Assembly (NCBI RefSeq): GCF_900083515.1
Contig: NZ_LT671858.1
Span: forward strand, 1,020,001 to 1,052,000
DNA length: 32,000 bases
Direction of reading: 5' to 3'
Source of the DNA: Cuniculiplasma divulgatum
GTDB taxonomy: Archaea > Thermoplasmatota > Thermoplasmata > Thermoplasmatales > Thermoplasmataceae
Part shown: piece by piece, positions 28,805 to 32,000 of the stretch
How the letters are laid out: each line of letters opens with the position of its first letter
How positions within the stretch are numbered: position 1 is the stretch's first letter
Notes under the pieces: generated by a model
Databases searched by the model: none
The model's input: the letters and a program-made list of their open reading frames with translations, nothing else
What the model was told of the DNA's origin: nothing
Translations under genes and position numbers: made by a program

Positions 28805-28812
<8 letters not shown>

Positions 28813-29500
28813 TGGTCCACTTTTCTATGATTTCCTTTCCCTCTATAAATGTTAAGTTATGTTCCACTGCAAAGTTTCTGGCTTCCTCAAATGTCATCGC
28901 TCTACCTGAATCTGAAAGCATCTCGGCTAAGGTTGCACTTGGTACCAAACCTGCTCTTTCTACTAAGTATGTGGCAAGCTCTGTATGTCCTCTTCTCTCG
29001 CCAAAGTAACCTTCTCTTGCTATCAGCAGATGAACATGGCCGGGAATCCTGAATTCCGTATAAAATTCATCCACAATATCTTCCTTCGATTCTATGTTTT
29101 TTATGAATTCTACAAGTTTTGAAATTGTTACCTGCCTGTCCATATCTGGTATTCCAGTATAGGTACTTCTATGATTTATTGTAAAAGTGAAGGATGAATG
29201 TTTATCATATCCCATATCTGAGGTATTCGTGGCCTTTTTCCCGTATGGCAGGAACCTTTCATAGATCTCCTCAAGATAGGGTAACTGAATTAGATCAGCC
29301 TCTTTCTTCCTAATGGTAGTGCATATAAGACCACCCGCTTCCTTTCTTAACATTTTTATTGAATCTGAAGTAACAAACTGTGATGCGAAAATAAGATCTG
29401 TCTCACCTTCTCTCTTTGCATCATCAAATATTAATATGGGTGAACCATGCTTCATATCGTCGATGGCCTGATCGAATGCCAACTCTTTCTGTCTAATCAT
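28805..29500 (-). CDS. ribB: 3,4-dihydroxy-2-butanone-4-phosphate synthase
   Basis: 231 aa. ILIFDDAKREGETDLIFASQFVT, GLICTT, RGHTE, and LVPSATLAEM are DHBP synthase hallmarks. Confidence 0.85.
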
Positions 29501-29561
29501 AGATGGATATTGAAGGATGCATTAAAAATATTTGGTAGATACTCTAATTTGAGTTGATTAC

Positions 29562-30017
29562 ATGAAAATAGACAGGATTACTGATGATGACCTTAGGAAA
29601 CTGGTGAAGCTAGAGGAACGTGCTTTTACTGTTGGACCCTATTCAGCCGATATGCTTAGATATGCACTATCAGAGTCTGGAGACATGGCGTTCAAGGTTG
29701 AAGATGAAGAAAATATAATAGCCTACATAATGGCATGTCCAGTATCAGATAGTTCTCTGGATATAGAGTCTGTAGCAGTTGATCCAGAATATAGAGGTAA
29801 GGGACTTGCAAAGGCTCTATTTCAACATATAGAGGATATTGCTAAACAAAGAGGATATGAAAAGATAGTTCTTGAGGTCAGAGAGCACAATCCGGAAGCC
29901 ATTGGTTTATACGAAAAATTAGGATTCAAAAAAACAGAATTCCTCAAGAACTACTATAGTGAGAAATTGAATGGCAGTAGAAATGCATTCAGAATGGAAA
30001 AACGTTTAATCGAGTAG
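29562..30017 (+). CDS. GNAT family N-acetyltransferase (RimI/Ard1-like)
   Basis: 151 aa. Acetyl-CoA motif A VDPEYRGKGLAKALF. LEVREHN..AIGLYEKLGF is typical of RimI-type GNATs. Confidence 0.75.
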   Translation: MKIDRITDDDLRKLVKLEERAFTVGPYSADMLRYALSESGDMAFKVEDEENIIAYIMACPVSDSSLDIESVAVDPEYRGKGLAKALFQHIEDIAKQRGYEKIVLEVREHNPEAIGLYEKLGFKKTEFLKNYYSEKLNGSRNAFRMEKRLIE

Positions 30018-31139
30018 GCTTCTAATTTCTTCCTGTCTTATTTGTAGTTTTTGTGGTCCATATATGGTTATATATCTCCTGTTGAAGCTATCATAAAGCG
30101 AGTTAATCAATGGTGAAAGTGAACTAATTTCCATGAATTTTCTTCCCTGTTTTACCAGCACCTCATTTTTACTTTTCTTTCTGTCCTGATATGCATATGG
30201 AGGTACATAATCAACTATAAGCTCAGGATATTTTTCATGAATCTTACTTTCTATTTCAGGATTCCTTATATCAGGAGCAGAATCCCTGTATACGACCTTG
30301 TATAGATCTCTTCTATCTATCTGCCCGATCATATCTGAACTTGAAGCCTGATTTCTTAGATAATTCAGGAAAATATCATCATGCATATCCATCATTGAAC
30401 TGTCAACCTTATCCAGTGAGTCCATTGCTCTCTCAATCATTTTTTGTGCAATCCTGACGGTTTTATGAAAATATACTGACTTATGCATCAGGTTTCTTGA
30501 TAGAAGGATCGATTCCACTGATGTTATTCCTTTTTCCTCAATGAATATTTTTTCGCCATCTGTCCTGAGTATGTCTACCATTCTTTTTATACTGAAAGCT
30601 ATGTTTCCTGTTCCTGTAAAGTAACTATCTCTTACAAGATAATCCATTTCATCGGCATCTAAAGGTCCACTAACGATTTCACTTTCCAGTTTAAATTCTC
30701 TGTGACCTCCAGAAAGGATTCTGGTCACCACTTCAGGATCAATATCATTAGACTCCAAATATTCCCTTATTTCACCCGTTCCTTTCTTACCAAGTATAAT
30801 TTCTCGTCCATTTTCTTCATGATTTACGTGGAATTTATCCTGAAAAAAATCTTCGAATGAATGACTTAAGGGAAAATGACCTATATCATGCAGGAGAGCA
30901 GCAAATGTAACCTCCGTGGGATATTTAGTTTCAAGTTTCCGTGCGATCTGGTCGGCCAGTGCCATAGTTCCAAGTGAATGCTGAAATCTAGTATGAACTG
31001 CACCCGGGTATACAAGATAACACATTCCAAGCTGCCTGATCCAGTGCAGTCTCTGAAACTCAGGAGTGTCTATTATTTTCAAAAATTTTTCCGGAATCTC
31101 TGTGTAACCCCAAACAGGATCCTGAATGGCTTTGAACAT
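30006..31139 (-). CDS. HD-domain phosphohydrolase, SAMHD1/dNTP-triphosphohydrolase-like
   Basis: IQDPVWGYTEI....IIDTPEFQRLHWIRQLG...VYPGAVHTRFQHSLG and LLHDIGHFPLSH. I moved the start to the ATG at 31139 (MFKAIQDP...). The track's longer N-terminus (to 31208) overlaps the SRP RNA. GAGGT lies 5-6 nt upstream of this ATG. Confidence 0.8.
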   Translation of the reverse strand: MFKAIQDPVWGYTEIPEKFLKIIDTPEFQRLHWIRQLGMCYLVYPGAVHTRFQHSLGTMALADQIARKLETKYPTEVTFAALLHDIGHFPLSHSFEDFFQDKFHVNHEENGREIILGKKGTGEIREYLESNDIDPEVVTRILSGGHREFKLESEIVSGPLDADEMDYLVRDSYFTGTGNIAFSIKRMVDILRTDGEKIFIEEKGITSVESILLSRNLMHKSVYFHKTVRIAQKMIERAMDSLDKVDSSMMDMHDDIFLNYLRNQASSSDMIGQIDRRDLYKVVYRDSAPDIRNPEIESKIHEKYPELIVDYVPPYAYQDRKKSKNEVLVKQGRKFMEISSLSPLINSLYDSFNRRYITIYGPQKLQIRQEEIRSLLD

Positions 31140-31153
31140 TTTTAACCTCAAAT

Positions 31154-31457
31154 ACCGGACGCGCCCAGATTGGGCCTGACGTCCTGCTAAGTTTACCCCT
31201 GAGTTCACTCGACCCCGGTATCCAGCAGCACCAAAAGTTCCACCTACCGTTGCTCCCTTCCGGACCTGGCGGGTTTGGTGAATAAGTTACGGAAAGCATT
31301 TCCTTTGAATTGCTTTCTGTAATCCTCCGATCCGCTGGGCCGAAATCTCATTGATTCCTCAAGGCTTAACAGAGGCCAGGTTGGCCTCTCTGGACTGTCG
31401 TTCCCGCGTATAGGCTTCGGGTAACAGGAAGAGCCTGGCTTCCCAACCTAGTCCGGC
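31154..31457 (-). ncRNA. ffs: signal recognition particle RNA (archaeal 7S/SRP RNA), about 300 nt
   Basis: A GC-rich block in an AT-rich context. The minus strand contains the universally conserved helix-8 apex CCGCCAGGUCCGGAAGGGAGCAACGG (complement of about 31247-31272). The 5' GCCGGACUAGGUUGGG pairs with the 3' CCCAAUCUGGGCGCGUCCGGU. A GAGAGGCCAACCUGGCCUCU hairpin sits in the Alu domain. Ends are +/-5 nt. Confidence 0.85.
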
Positions 31458-31631
31458 TATTACCTTTATTAATCCTTCCTTAATATTTTTTCCATAGTTT
31501 TCGCATGTTTTCGCATTTCCTTTGTGACATCCTCCCACCCCTGAAGAGTGCGGGATTTCCCGCTCACACGTGTTGAAACTTATTTATACGAAGGAATGAA
31601 AAAGTTTTTTGATTAAATGGAAACAGGATTT

Positions 31632-32000
31632 TCACATAAATGATTCGTAGACGTCATCGATCGATTTTATTATTCTTTCAGTGCTTGCTTCCATCTCTGC
31701 CAGTACCATAGATCCGCCCATTCCTGCTCCTTCTTTAACGTATCCGTCCTCAAAGCGTCTTATTCCATCGAACCTTGATTTTGTTAAATCAGTACGGGAA
31801 AACCTCAGGTGATCCGGATCGACCAGATATTCCATAGTTTTTCGTGAGTCTTTCATTACCTGTTTAGTTGTCCACACTTCGAGATTATCCACCGGTAGTT
31901 TCATAGAAGATGCAATGTAATATATTGTTGCCATCTGTGTACCGCCAGAGAGAACTATTCTGGAGTCTTCGTTCTCTGAAATAATTCCAAGTGCTATTTC
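31632..32000 (-). CDS. CobT-like / UPF0284-family protein (partial; N-terminus beyond the right window edge)
   Basis: The track ORF 31632..31934 stays open upstream to the window edge (..EIALGIISENEDSRIVLSGGTQMATIYY..). The LSGGTQM and EGAGMGG motifs resemble the archaeal nicotinate-nucleotide:DMB phosphoribosyltransferase-like family, from memory only. Confidence 0.4.
   Translation of the reverse strand, partial: EIALGIISENEDSRIVLSGGTQMATIYYIASSMKLPVDNLEVWTTKQVMKDSRKTMEYLVDPDHLRFSRTDLTKSRFDGIRRFEDGYVKEGAGMGGSMVLAEMEASTERIIKSIDDVYESFM

Noticed and set aside
31060-31299. 79-aa ORF, plus the 23-codon N-terminal extension (31140-31208) of the HD-protein ORF.
   Set aside because: Both lie on the GC-rich SRP RNA gene. 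The open frames are a by-product of structured-RNA sequence.

Overview
This is a low-GC archaeal chromosome segment. I infer a Thermoplasmatales-like organism (Ferroplasma/Acidiplasma type) from archaeal-type riboflavin synthase and RibL, prefoldin beta, a Pcc1-like gene, a ~300-nt archaeal SRP RNA, tRNAs without encoded CCA, and sequon-rich membrane-anchored exoproteins. Most of the window is housekeeping or transport. Left to right it holds: a partial TPR protein, a DUF4382-like anchored protein, an aldo/keto reductase, formate-THF ligase, two MFS transporters, an ABC-2 exporter operon, a fused CoA-transferase, an orphan J-domain protein, a flavin-reductase-like protein, a five-gene Dpp/Opp-type peptide ABC importer carrying an embedded bPH membrane protein, tRNA-Arg(UCU), Pcc1 and prefoldin beta, a FolE2/MptA-type GTP cyclohydrolase convergent with a ribB-ribL-ribC-ribH cluster, a GNAT, a SAMHD1-like HD phosphohydrolase abutting the SRP RNA, and a partial CobT-like gene. 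The one clearly accessory stretch is about 7670-12658. It is AT-rich and gene-poor, and it ends at tRNA-Arg(GCG). It contains a decayed IS5-family transposase fragment, an orphan small-ORF plus membrane-protein pair, and a translationally coupled two-gene module. That module is an ABC/AAA_15-21-type ATPase (10631-11908) plus a 200-aa protein with a TOPRIM-like E...DxD layout (11909-12511). I rate the module as the best candidate for an undescribed defence-type system (split-OLD or PARIS-like). All calls come from reading motifs by eye. No searches, folding or statistics were run, and RNA and motif boundaries are approximate.
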